Shown: piece by piece, positions 26,529 through 35,114 of the stretch
Layout of the letters: each line of letters starts with the position of its first letter
Numbering within the stretch: the first letter of the stretch is position 1
IMG/VR virus record: IMGVR_UViG_3300048848_000229
Location: 1 to 36,504 of that record
Reading direction: 5' to 3' (one strand)
Length of the DNA stretch: 36,504 nucleotides
Origin: a virus
Taxonomy: Duplodnaviria; Caudoviricetes
Position numbers and translations under genes: made by a program
The notes under the pieces: generated by a model
What the model was told of the DNA's origin: nothing
The model's database searches: none
Seen by the model: the letters and a program-made list of their open reading frames with translations, nothing else

Positions 26529-28025
26529 ATGCTCTCAAATCTGAAAAAGCTCGCGCTTGCGGGCGCGTTGTCGCTTGGTCTGCTTGTTGCCTTCTCAGCG
26601 GCAAACGATCGTGGTGGGTTTCTCCGCTTAGGCGATGTCCTGAGCGTCGGGCGCGAGATCGTTCCGACACGAAGCCCGGCGGCAGCGGCACAGGGTAGCG
26701 GTTGTCTGCCGACCACTGGCACTGTCTCGGGTCTGACGTTCGCGCAAGGCGTGAATTCTGCTATCGCCGCGCTGATCTCGAGCAACTCCGGTGCGTCCCC
26801 GCCTTCGACGGACTGCACGGCCGCTCCTGTAAAGGGGCAGGTGTGGCTCGATACGTCAGTGACGCCGAACGTCGAGAAACGCTATGATGGCACGGCTTGG
26901 GTCGCTGTCGGCGCCATCGATTCCGTCAACCATGTATGGTCCCCGCCGATTGGCGGCGGAATGGCGTCTGTCACTGCGGCTTCAACAACAGACATTTGTG
27001 CTGCACCCGCGTCCCTACAGACGATCAGCGGTACGACCACGATCACAAGCTTCGGATCGTCGTGTCCGGTCGGCGCCACGAAGAAGCTCCGCTTCAGTGC
27101 GGCTACACCAATCACCTACAACGCCGCCTCGCTGATCCTTCCAGCACAGCGCGACTTTATCGCAGCCGCAGGCGACATGGCGGATGCCACCTACTTGGGG
27201 GCTGGCAATTGGCAAATATCTTCCATTACCAAGATCGACGGCAGCAGCGTCACCAATCCTGCCGTGCCTCTATCGACCGTCCTCTATGGTGACTATGGCA
27301 CACTGCCTGCGAAGGCGGTCTACGGTATCGGTCAAGCGCTGTCGCGATCGGCCTACCCGGATTATTTCGCCGCCGCGACGCGTGCGCAGACAGGCACGCT
27401 GACGTCGGGCAACAATACCGTCACCTCGGTAGCAAACACCGCTGGCTTCGGCGCGGGTATGCCGATCGAGGGGACCGGCATACAAGCCGGCACCACGATC
27501 ACCAGCGTCACGTCTTCGACCATCGTCATGTCTCAGACAGCGACCGCGAACGGATCGCAGACGGTGCGTGTGTTCCCGACGGGTTACGGCTCCGGCGGCG
27601 ACAGTACGACCGTTGGCGTGAAAAATTGCCAGGGTAAAACGCTGGCAGGTCGAGACCCAACCGGCACCGTGCTCACTGCGGCAGGTTCGGGCATTAACGG
27701 CGCGGCGCTCAACGCCACAGGTGGTTCGCAGAGCAAGATCATTCAGCAGCCCAACTTGCCGAACCTCAACCTCGCAGTGAATACATCTGGCACCGTCACA
27801 GTTAATACGACCCGCGGCGACATACTCTTCAGCACATCCACGATTTTTTACCAGGGCGGCGGCGCATCGGTTGGTATCCCCGGTGCCGCCGGCGTTATCA
27901 CCTCAACCGGCGTGAACAGCATGACTGGCTTCACCGCCTCGCTCAACGGCAGCGTTACGCAGACGGCGCTCAACGGCATGCAGCCGACGGTCACTGCAGA
28001 GTGCGTCGTGATGGTTCTCCCATAA
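26529..28025 (+). CDS. Side tail fibre 1 (tail-collar-like domain) with N-terminal signal-peptide-like leader
   Basis: SD GAGGA; fibre N-domain (NSAIAALISSNSGASPP...GQVWLDT...RYDG.AWV); collar-like GQALSRSAYPDYFAA...GYGSGGDSTT...QPT. Confidence 0.8.
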   Translation: MLSNLKKLALAGALSLGLLVAFSAANDRGGFLRLGDVLSVGREIVPTRSPAAAAQGSGCLPTTGTVSGLTFAQGVNSAIAALISSNSGASPPSTDCTAAPVKGQVWLDTSVTPNVEKRYDGTAWVAVGAIDSVNHVWSPPIGGGMASVTAASTTDICAAPASLQTISGTTTITSFGSSCPVGATKKLRFSAATPITYNAASLILPAQRDFIAAAGDMADATYLGAGNWQISSITKIDGSSVTNPAVPLSTVLYGDYGTLPAKAVYGIGQALSRSAYPDYFAAATRAQTGTLTSGNNTVTSVANTAGFGAGMPIEGTGIQAGTTITSVTSSTIVMSQTATANGSQTVRVFPTGYGSGGDSTTVGVKNCQGKTLAGRDPTGTVLTAAGSGINGAALNATGGSQSKIIQQPNLPNLNLAVNTSGTVTVNTTRGDILFSTSTIFYQGGGASVGIPGAAGVITSTGVNSMTGFTASLNGSVTQTALNGMQPTVTAECVVMVLP

Positions 28026-28048
28026 AGCAAGCCGACAAGGAAATCAGA

Positions 28049-30409
28049 ATGAAAGCTCTTCGCATTCTGCGAGCGCTCCCGCTTGCACTCTTGCTGATCG
28101 CTCCCGCGCGTGCGGAGCAGGGCACGATTGTCGGCCCGACCGTCGGCCCCAAGACGATGACCGAGGTCATGACGACGCTGAACGCAGCGTTGCTCGCGAT
28201 CCAGTCGTGCAATTCAGGGGCGTCGGCGCCGGCTAACGGCGCTGGCGGACTTGCCACCAATAACCAGTGCTGGGCGGACACGACGTCGAACCCGATCGTC
28301 TACAAAAGATTCGACGGATCGCAGTGGGTCGCTTTTGGAAAGCTGAATACTTCGACGCATGCTTGGACGCCCGTCTACCAGGGCACGGATGCCGGCACGG
28401 CCGCCATCGCAAATACGGGGACGTCCGGGCACACGCTTGGCTTCCTCGACGCCGCCAACACCTTGTCAGCGGTCCAGTCGTTCAACAGCGGCATGCTATC
28501 GCTGAAAGGAGCGACGTCGGGAGCGAGTACGCTGAATGCAGCGGCCACAGCTGGTGCGACGACCCTCACGCTGCCCGCGGCGACCGACACGCTCGTCGGC
28601 AAGGCTACGTCAGATACCTTCACCAACAAAACGTTCGATACGGCCGCAGCAGGCAACAGTCTCAGCATCAACGGTCTCGCTGCGACGGCTAACACCGGAA
28701 CTGGGGCAGTGGTGCGGGCGACCTCGCCGTCGCTTAGCTCGCCATCTCTGGACGTCGCGACTGCGACCTCGATCAACAAGGTGACAATCACTGCTCCGGC
28801 GACGTCGGCGACGCTCACGATCCCCAATGGCGTCACCCTGACCGGGCCTTCCGTGTCTGGCACGGCCATGACGCTCGGTAACGCTGAGACCGTCACGGGA
28901 GCAAAATCGTTCAACGATGCCACTGTCATTCTAAAGGGGGTGACGTCAGGCACGACGACCGTGAAAGCAGGCGCGATCGCTGGAACGACGACTGTGACGC
29001 TGCCGGCAGCCACGGATACGCTGGTCGGAAAGGCGACGACGGACACTTTCACCAATAAGACGCTCGATACCGCTGGCACGGGAAACAGCCTGTCGATTGC
29101 CGGCGTGGCGGTCACCGCTAACACCGGAACGGGTGCCGTGGCGCGCGCAGCTTCGCCCGCGTTCACGACGCCGTCGTTCTCTTCGATCATCAATACCGGT
29201 ACGCTGACGCTGCCGACGTCCACTGACACACTGGTCGGTCGTGCAACGACCGACACCTTCACGAACAAGAGCTTCAACACCGGCGGCACGGGCAACGTTT
29301 TCACATTGAATGGTGCTGCGTTCGGGAATGCCACTCAGGCGACGGCCGCTTTGAACGCGGTTGTCGGCGACGGCGGATCGGGCGGCACGAAGGGCCTTGC
29401 TCCTGCTCCAGGTGCTGGCGACGCCGCGGCCGGGAAATATCTGAAAGCAGACGGCACATGGGCCGTCCCGCCCGGTTCGGGTGGTGGCGGCGGTCTGTCC
29501 GATGCCGACCGTCAGAACATGCTGCTCGACACCGGCTATCTAGCCAAAGCGCTTGGTGAATATCGCCGAAGCATCCTGCGTTTCGTGGATGGGTACAAGA
29601 CGTCGAGCGGGATCAACGCGGGCGCAAGTTCGGGATATACGGCAAACACAACGCTTGGCTTCGTTAGTCCAGCACCCACGCCAGTTCGTGTTACCAGTGG
29701 CACTCCGGCTGTGCTCAGCGGCACCGCGGCAAACGTCAATGACAATAGCAACGCGACCACCATTTCTTGGACCGGGTCCGACCTAACCGCAGCCGGAATC
29801 AATTCGCGCATTCTGGCCCGGATCGACTACGGATCGAACCGTACGATCACACGGATCGAGGCTAAGCAATACTATCAGTCCGTTGGCGGAAATGGTGCCT
29901 CTGGGCTCTTCTACTCGACCGATGGGACTAACTGGACGCAATTGGGCAGCAGCCTGACTACCAATACCACCCCAACGAACTTCGAGGTCAACGGTAGCGT
30001 CACGGCACGATATGTTGCTCTTGTCCTTGGTGCTGTGAACTATACCGGCGCCAATGTCATTATGGCTGACCTCAATGGCTACACGTCTCCGCCCGGAGAT
30101 ATGGTAGTCGTGACCACTTCACAAACATCTGATGCGACGGTGTCCAATGTGCGAGTTCTTATTGAGTTAGATAACGTGGACACACCGGCGCTTAATTCGG
30201 ACCTATCCGTTGAAGTGACTTGCAACGGAGGCATCAACTGGGCAAGCGCATCACTGTCGTCTGTCACAGCCAACAGTCAGAACGCCAGAAAAGCAGTTGA
30301 GACCGTTGACCAAGCATGCGCGGCGTCAGGAACTTCGTTTGCTGCTAGGATCAAGAGCTTCAACAGCAAAAATGTGCCCATCTATCTCACAGCGGTGACC
30401 GCTCGCTAA
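28049..30409 (+). CDS. Side tail fibre 2 with signal peptide, Thr/Ala-rich repeats and a C-terminal discoidin (F5/8 type C)-like domain
   Basis: SD AAGGA; same N-domain as fibre 1; TLTLP..TDTLVG.AT.DTFTNK x3; KYLKADGTW; IDYGSNRTITRI...YSTDGTNWT...ARYVAL. Confidence 0.8.
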   Translation: MKALRILRALPLALLLIAPARAEQGTIVGPTVGPKTMTEVMTTLNAALLAIQSCNSGASAPANGAGGLATNNQCWADTTSNPIVYKRFDGSQWVAFGKLNTSTHAWTPVYQGTDAGTAAIANTGTSGHTLGFLDAANTLSAVQSFNSGMLSLKGATSGASTLNAAATAGATTLTLPAATDTLVGKATSDTFTNKTFDTAAAGNSLSINGLAATANTGTGAVVRATSPSLSSPSLDVATATSINKVTITAPATSATLTIPNGVTLTGPSVSGTAMTLGNAETVTGAKSFNDATVILKGVTSGTTTVKAGAIAGTTTVTLPAATDTLVGKATTDTFTNKTLDTAGTGNSLSIAGVAVTANTGTGAVARAASPAFTTPSFSSIINTGTLTLPTSTDTLVGRATTDTFTNKSFNTGGTGNVFTLNGAAFGNATQATAALNAVVGDGGSGGTKGLAPAPGAGDAAAGKYLKADGTWAVPPGSGGGGGLSDADRQNMLLDTGYLAKALGEYRRSILRFVDGYKTSSGINAGASSGYTANTTLGFVSPAPTPVRVTSGTPAVLSGTAANVNDNSNATTISWTGSDLTAAGINSRILARIDYGSNRTITRIEAKQYYQSVGGNGASGLFYSTDGTNWTQLGSSLTTNTTPTNFEVNGSVTARYVALVLGAVNYTGANVIMADLNGYTSPPGDMVVVTTSQTSDATVSNVRVLIELDNVDTPALNSDLSVEVTCNGGINWASASLSSVTANSQNARKAVETVDQACAASGTSFAARIKSFNSKNVPIYLTAVTAR
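28420..29320 (+). repeat. Internal degenerate repeats in fibre 2
   Basis: Core TLP(A/T)(A/S)TDTLVG(K/R)AT(S/T)DTFTNK(T/S)(F/L)(D/N)T starts near 28562, 28991 and 29201. The first two copies belong to a larger duplication offset by about 429 nt. Confidence 0.85.
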
Positions 30410-31137
30410 GAAACGCGACGAAGATACCCGCTCGGTGCGACAGAGATCATCAACTGGCTGTCGATCCCATGATCGATTTCAAACTGCGGATTGTTAGCGA
30501 TGAATTGCAAAACAGCCGTTTTGGGATTGTCTCCAATGCCCCATGGTCTTTCGACTGAAAGTTCAAGATCCTCAATCGCAGTGTCCATCACAACGCAGTA
30601 GCTGCCCAATGATGTCAGGTCCGCATAAGCATGGAGTTCAGCCAGCACATGTTCATGGGTATGATTTGAGTCGAGAACCACCAAGACTCGCTTGCCGACC
30701 ACCTCTTTTTTCACAGCGCAGATGACGTCGGGGCTGACACTTGAACCTTCGATAAGTCTGATGCGCTTGAACATCGGATGGGCTTCGATAGCCTCCCGGT
30801 TGTGTGAGCGGATATCAATGTCGATGCCAAGAACGGTGCCGTTACCGATCAGCTCAAGAATTGAAGCATAGTAAATCAGCGATCCGCCATGGGCTATGCC
30901 CGTTTCGACAATCAGGTCTGGCTTAACCCTCCACAGGATCTCTTGCATCGCAATCATATCTTGCGGGTACTGGATGATTGGCCGACCCATCCATTCGAAG
31001 TGATACGAGTATCGATGCTGTGCACTCTTCTCCAGCCACTGCTTGGTAATTGACTTAAAGTCCGCGTCTGCACCTTGCTGGGCGATCTCTTTGGAGCGTT
31101 CTTCTTTGAATTTTTCGATCTCGTTCACGATGCTCAA
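30406..31137 (-). CDS. CmcI (cephalosporin hydroxylase)-family SAM-dependent methyltransferase, probable sugar O-methyltransferase
   Basis: YSYHFEWMGRPIIQYPQD, KPDLIVETGIAHGGS, LDSNHTHEHVLAEL, GDNPKTAV, APSGYL. Start is TTG 31137 (TTGA-coupled) or GTG 31128. Confidence 0.9.
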   Translation of the reverse strand: MSIVNEIEKFKEERSKEIAQQGADADFKSITKQWLEKSAQHRYSYHFEWMGRPIIQYPQDMIAMQEILWRVKPDLIVETGIAHGGSLIYYASILELIGNGTVLGIDIDIRSHNREAIEAHPMFKRIRLIEGSSVSPDVICAVKKEVVGKRVLVVLDSNHTHEHVLAELHAYADLTSLGSYCVVMDTAIEDLELSVERPWGIGDNPKTAVLQFIANNPQFEIDHGIDSQLMISVAPSGYLRRVS

Positions 31138-31898
31138 TCCAGAACTGCATATGAAAGGGCGGACGAGGTTTGAAAGCGGCGAATAGCGAGATTCCTGATA
31201 CCAACTGTCTCTAGTACCGCTAGAGTTTCTCCCGGCCATGCTTTTTGATTGAGTTCATCGAAAGCGATAATAGATCCTTTTGGCATTCGCGGAAGGAACG
31301 TTTCGATAGCGACCTTCGTGGGTTCGTAAATATCGAAGTCGAGATACAGCATCGCCACGACAAGATGCCGGTTATCGGTCAGATATTGCGGGATCGTCTC
31401 GCAAGCATCTCCTTTGACCAGTTCGACCCTCGGAATATGCCCGATTGGCCTATTGGAATCGTAAAGGCGGATGCATTCCTTCAGGTCTTCATAGGAGTCT
31501 GCGGCCAGTCCCTGCGCTTTCGAGTACGCGGTACTACCGGTCTCGTCCTTGTCCGATAGGCTAGGGAAGCCAGCGAAGGTATCAAACCCCACAATCCGAC
31601 GCGTGTGGTTGAACGGCTCATAAATAGCGCTCATGTTGGCCCAGGTCATCAAGCCGGCGCCTAAGAAAACGCCGCACTCAAGGATGTGCCCGTGAACTTG
31701 TTCGACCATTTTGAAAAGTTCTTGCTTGGCGAGAAAATGGCCGAGCGATTGCCGCGGTACGTACTTCGAAAAGCTGCGGAGCTTATCCATGGGAGAACCC
31801 ATGCTCTCGCGGAAGTATTGCGACATTCCATCATCGTAAGACAGATCACCGCTGGTGCGGGTGGACGTGTCTATCATTGAGAACGATTGCTCGGTCAT
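31134..31898 (-). CDS. TylF/MycF/NovP-family sugar O-methyltransferase
   Basis: GHILECGVFLGAG, GFDTFAGFP, LVKGD, LYLDFDIYEPT, FDEL...WPGET. Confidence 0.88.
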   Translation of the reverse strand: MTEQSFSMIDTSTRTSGDLSYDDGMSQYFRESMGSPMDKLRSFSKYVPRQSLGHFLAKQELFKMVEQVHGHILECGVFLGAGLMTWANMSAIYEPFNHTRRIVGFDTFAGFPSLSDKDETGSTAYSKAQGLAADSYEDLKECIRLYDSNRPIGHIPRVELVKGDACETIPQYLTDNRHLVVAMLYLDFDIYEPTKVAIETFLPRMPKGSIIAFDELNQKAWPGETLAVLETVGIRNLAIRRFQTSSALSYAVLD

Positions 31899-32485
31899 TA
31901 TTGCGGGGCCATTCCTGATGAGACGTATTCGGCTTCAAGTTTTAGCAGATCTTGCTTTCGATCTTTTATTCGTCGCGCGGGCGATCCGATGTAAATACCC
32001 CATTCGTCGAGGCTTTCGGTAACAAGCGACGCGGCGCCGACTGACGATCCCACACCGATCGTGACATTCGGCAACACAACAGAACCCGCGCCGATGATCA
32101 CATGCTTCTTCAAGACAACCTGACCGCAAGGACCTCCGATAAGATGACGAGGCAGTGTCGGGTTAGTCATTTTCTTCCCGGTGTAGTCGTCGCTCGATGT
32201 GAAAACCAAAACACCGGGAGACATGCCGGTGTAGTCCTCCATCACAAATCCATCGCTGGCTGAGACGTAGCAATGGGCGGCAATATGAACGTTTCTGCCA
32301 ATAGTAACTGGCTCGCGACTTGCCACAATAATGGAGTGGTCGTCGATGCGTGTGTTGTCGTCGATTGAGATATTTTCGGTGAAGAACAGCCCGGCGTTTC
32401 TCTTAATTTTCACGTTCTTGCCGAGTTTCCGAAACGGCACCTCGGACAATTCTTCATCTGTGTAAAATCTTTCGCCCAAATGCAT
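31898..32485 (-). CDS. Hexapeptide-repeat (left-handed beta-helix) O-acetyltransferase
   Basis: Hexapeptide repeats, SSDDYTG, VIIGAGSVVLPNVTIGVGSSVGAASLV, IYIGSPARRIKDR. ATG 32485; TAATG-coupled to the next gene. Confidence 0.88.
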   Translation of the reverse strand: MHLGERFYTDEELSEVPFRKLGKNVKIKRNAGLFFTENISIDDNTRIDDHSIIVASREPVTIGRNVHIAAHCYVSASDGFVMEDYTGMSPGVLVFTSSDDYTGKKMTNPTLPRHLIGGPCGQVVLKKHVIIGAGSVVLPNVTIGVGSSVGAASLVTESLDEWGIYIGSPARRIKDRKQDLLKLEAEYVSSGMAPQ

Positions 32486-32678
32486 AGCGATTCCAGCCCC
32501 ATAGTTCTTCTTCTGTGCGTATCCCGGCACCATAACCGGGCGACGCAGCCGGCACAACTGAGCCGCTATGCCGCAACGCTCGACGACCACTGGGAGATGT
32601 CAATGACAATTCCTGCCTTCGTGGTGGCCGTTCCCGCAGTCTTTGCCTGAATTCATTCATATAACTGGAGAACGACCC

Positions 32679-33491
32679 ATGTCGGCGATCCCTATCGTCG
32701 GGAAATGCTTCCCGACGGCTGCGCAGTTCCTTGCCTATCTGGACGGCCTGAAGTGGGGCACCTGGCGCCCCCGCTTCGTCACCATGCACCACACCGGCGC
32801 CCCGAACCTGAAGACGTGGCGTGATTGGCAAAGCCGGGCAAAGCCGATCTCGGACGAGCAGTGGATGAAGAACCTCGCGGCCTATTACGGCAACGAGATG
32901 AAGTGGAGCTCGGGCCCGCAGTTTTTCTTCACGCCGAACAATTTCTGTGTCCTGTCGCCGCCAACGGGCCGTGGCGTGCATGCCGTGTCGTTCAATGCGA
33001 TGTCTTGGGGTGTCGAATGCGTCGGCGACTTCGACGTCGAGAAATTCGAAGGTGCAGTGCGGGAAAAGTACATCGAGGGCCTGGCCTGTCTGCACATCGC
33101 GTCGGGGCTGGCGCTGGCGCCATATGAGCGCGGTGTCCGGGGTCTGCACTTCCATCGGGACGATCCAAAGACCACCAAGACCTGTCCGGGCAAGAACGTC
33201 CAGAAGGACGCCGTGATCAGGCTGGTGCAGGCCAAGATGCTGGCCATGTCGGGCGGCGACCAGCCGGACGAGAAGGTCGCGCCTGTAGCGGTCAAAAAGG
33301 ACAGGACGGGAACCGTCAACGCTGACGGGCTGAACGTTCGCGTCGACGCCAGCGGCAAGGCGCCGGCAGTCAAATCGCTCGAGAAGGGTGCCTCCGTGAC
33401 CATCACCGGGGAGGCCATGAACGGCACCACCAAGTGGCTGGCGGTCGCCGGCGGCTACGTCTCGGCCCGATACGTCGATATCGCGGCCTGA
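32679..33491 (+). CDS. Endolysin: N-acetylmuramoyl-L-alanine amidase (Amidase_2) + SH3b
   Basis: TMHHTG, GVHA, GVECVGDFD, HFHRD...KTCPG; C-terminal GTVNADGLNVR...GYVSARYV; SD GGAG. Confidence 0.9.
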   Translation: MSAIPIVGKCFPTAAQFLAYLDGLKWGTWRPRFVTMHHTGAPNLKTWRDWQSRAKPISDEQWMKNLAAYYGNEMKWSSGPQFFFTPNNFCVLSPPTGRGVHAVSFNAMSWGVECVGDFDVEKFEGAVREKYIEGLACLHIASGLALAPYERGVRGLHFHRDDPKTTKTCPGKNVQKDAVIRLVQAKMLAMSGGDQPDEKVAPVAVKKDRTGTVNADGLNVRVDASGKAPAVKSLEKGASVTITGEAMNGTTKWLAVAGGYVSARYVDIAA

Positions 33492-33546
33492 TCTGAATTC
33501 CGCCGCCCGGCGGCACCGGGCACATCCTCAAAATCAAAGGTGAACC

Positions 33547-34236
33547 ATGTATCGCTTCCTCAGCGTGGCTTCTGCCGCGCCTCTGCTGCTTATCTCGGCT
33601 TCCGCCCACGCGGCTGCGACGACCAGCGCATTCGCCCAAGCCGTGCGATTTGACCCCATGATTGGGCTGCTGATCGCTCTGGCTGCGGTCTTTGCTGCTA
33701 TCGTCATCCTGCCGCGATCGTTTCGTGGTGCGTTGGGTGCGCTAGCCGTCCTTGTCACCTGCTCAATGGCTTTGGACGTCGCATTCGCCGCCGACGCCGC
33801 CCCGGAAACCATTGCTCAGTCAGTATCGGAATCCACCAAGGTGACCTGGGCTTGGGGAGCAACGGTCTCGCAGGCCGGGCAGGCTATCGCGTGGATCCTT
33901 GCGTCGATCGCCATGGTGCTGCTGCGCCAGCTGCCGGCGAACATCGTGGCCATCTTCGGCAATGCCCGTGTCGAGCTGCTGCTCAACAACGCGATCGGCT
34001 ACGGCCTGAACGCCGTCCAAGGCGCCGTGAAGGATAAAACGCTGTCCGTCGACGTCGGCAACGAGGTGCTCGCCAAGGCGCTGCAGTATGCCGTCGACAA
34101 CGCCCCGGCCTGGCTGCAGTCGTGGGCGGGCGGTCCGGAAGGGTTGGCGAAGAAGATCTGGGCTCGGCTGAACCTGGGCGAGGGCGCCAGCGACGCGGCG
34201 TTGCCGTCCGCGGTCAGCACCGTATCGGCGCCCTGA
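33547..34236 (+). CDS. Multi-TM lysis-module membrane protein (holin candidate)
   Basis: Follows the endolysin; signal-like N-terminus plus about three further hydrophobic helices. Confidence 0.55.
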   Translation: MYRFLSVASAAPLLLISASAHAAATTSAFAQAVRFDPMIGLLIALAAVFAAIVILPRSFRGALGALAVLVTCSMALDVAFAADAAPETIAQSVSESTKVTWAWGATVSQAGQAIAWILASIAMVLLRQLPANIVAIFGNARVELLLNNAIGYGLNAVQGAVKDKTLSVDVGNEVLAKALQYAVDNAPAWLQSWAGGPEGLAKKIWARLNLGEGASDAALPSAVSTVSAP

Positions 34237-34490
34237 TGTTCACGGGGCTTGCCGGAGCCGCGCTGCTGAAGGTGCTGGAGGCGTTGTTCAACGCCTTCGG
34301 TTCCGGCTTCAATGACTGGCTCGCCCGCAAGCGTGCCGAGAACAATCTTCATGATCTCGGTGTCGCTGAAACCACATCCACCATCAACAAGGAGACGGCC
34401 GATGCAGAGCGCCGCGCAAGTGAAGTTGCTGTCAATCGCCCTGATGTCGGCGCTGTCATTGCTGGCATGGAGCGGGGCGACACCTTCTGA
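34236..34490 (+). CDS. i-spanin (Rz)-like protein
   Basis: TGATG-coupled; hydrophobic N-terminus followed by a helical domain; overlapped by the next gene in another frame. Confidence 0.55.
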   Translation: MFTGLAGAALLKVLEALFNAFGSGFNDWLARKRAENNLHDLGVAETTSTINKETADAERRASEVAVNRPDVGAVIAGMERGDTF

Positions 34491-34695
34491 GGCCGCCGGA
34501 AAATTTCCCTCCGATGCCCCGGAAGTGGTCGTCCAGACGAAGTGCCCGCCACTACGAAGCTATGACACCGCCACCACGCAGAAGGCCGGAACCGAGCTCC
34601 GGGGGTTGCTGAGGGCCGACCCGGCGGCTGCGGCGCCGGCCATGATCGCAGACTACAAGCTGCTGCGAGACCAGTGCAGGGCGTACGCGAAGTGA
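34402..34695 (+). CDS. o-spanin (Rz1)-like protein, lipobox Cys absent
   Basis: SD AAGGAG; signal-like N-terminus; CPPLRSY...DYKLLRDQCRA; overlaps the Rz-like gene. Confidence 0.55.
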   Translation: MQSAAQVKLLSIALMSALSLLAWSGATPSEAAGKFPSDAPEVVVQTKCPPLRSYDTATTQKAGTELRGLLRADPAAAAPAMIADYKLLRDQCRAYAK

Positions 34696-35114
34696 GAATC
34701 GCAATCGAAAGCCTCAAGGATCGGACGATGGAGTGGTTCTCCGCGTCCGTGATGCTGGCGTGGGGCATCACATTTGCGCTGCCCGGCGACCTGCTGTCCA
34801 AGCCCGACTTCGTCGGTTTCCACCGCTACACCAGCTCGGATGCATTCCTTGCCGGGCTGTTCACTTTCGCCGGGGCGACGGGGCTCGCCGCCCTTTATAT
34901 CAACGGCCGTTGGCCCAAAAACTCTGTGATCCGCGTTGTGCGCGGGCTGTTTGGCTGCGTCGCCTGGTCAGGCATTGCCTACGCTTTCTACGATGCGGCG
35001 ATCATCAACAAGACGCCGATCGGCACAGGTCCGCTGGTCTACGCATTGCTGGCCCTTTACGAATTCGTCTCGATTTACAGGGCGGCGCATGATGTTCGGT
35101 ATTACCACCCCTGA
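34692..35114 (+). CDS. Four-TM membrane protein (second holin candidate)
   Basis: GTGA-coupled; four hydrophobic segments. Confidence 0.6.
   Translation: MRIAIESLKDRTMEWFSASVMLAWGITFALPGDLLSKPDFVGFHRYTSSDAFLAGLFTFAGATGLAALYINGRWPKNSVIRVVRGLFGCVAWSGIAYAFYDAAIINKTPIGTGPLVYALLALYEFVSIYRAAHDVRYYHP

Noticed and set aside
32575-32603. Minus-strand TTGACA (32603-32598) as the moron promoter
   Set aside because: Perfect -35 but no convincing -10 at 16-18 bp; not supportable without TSS data.
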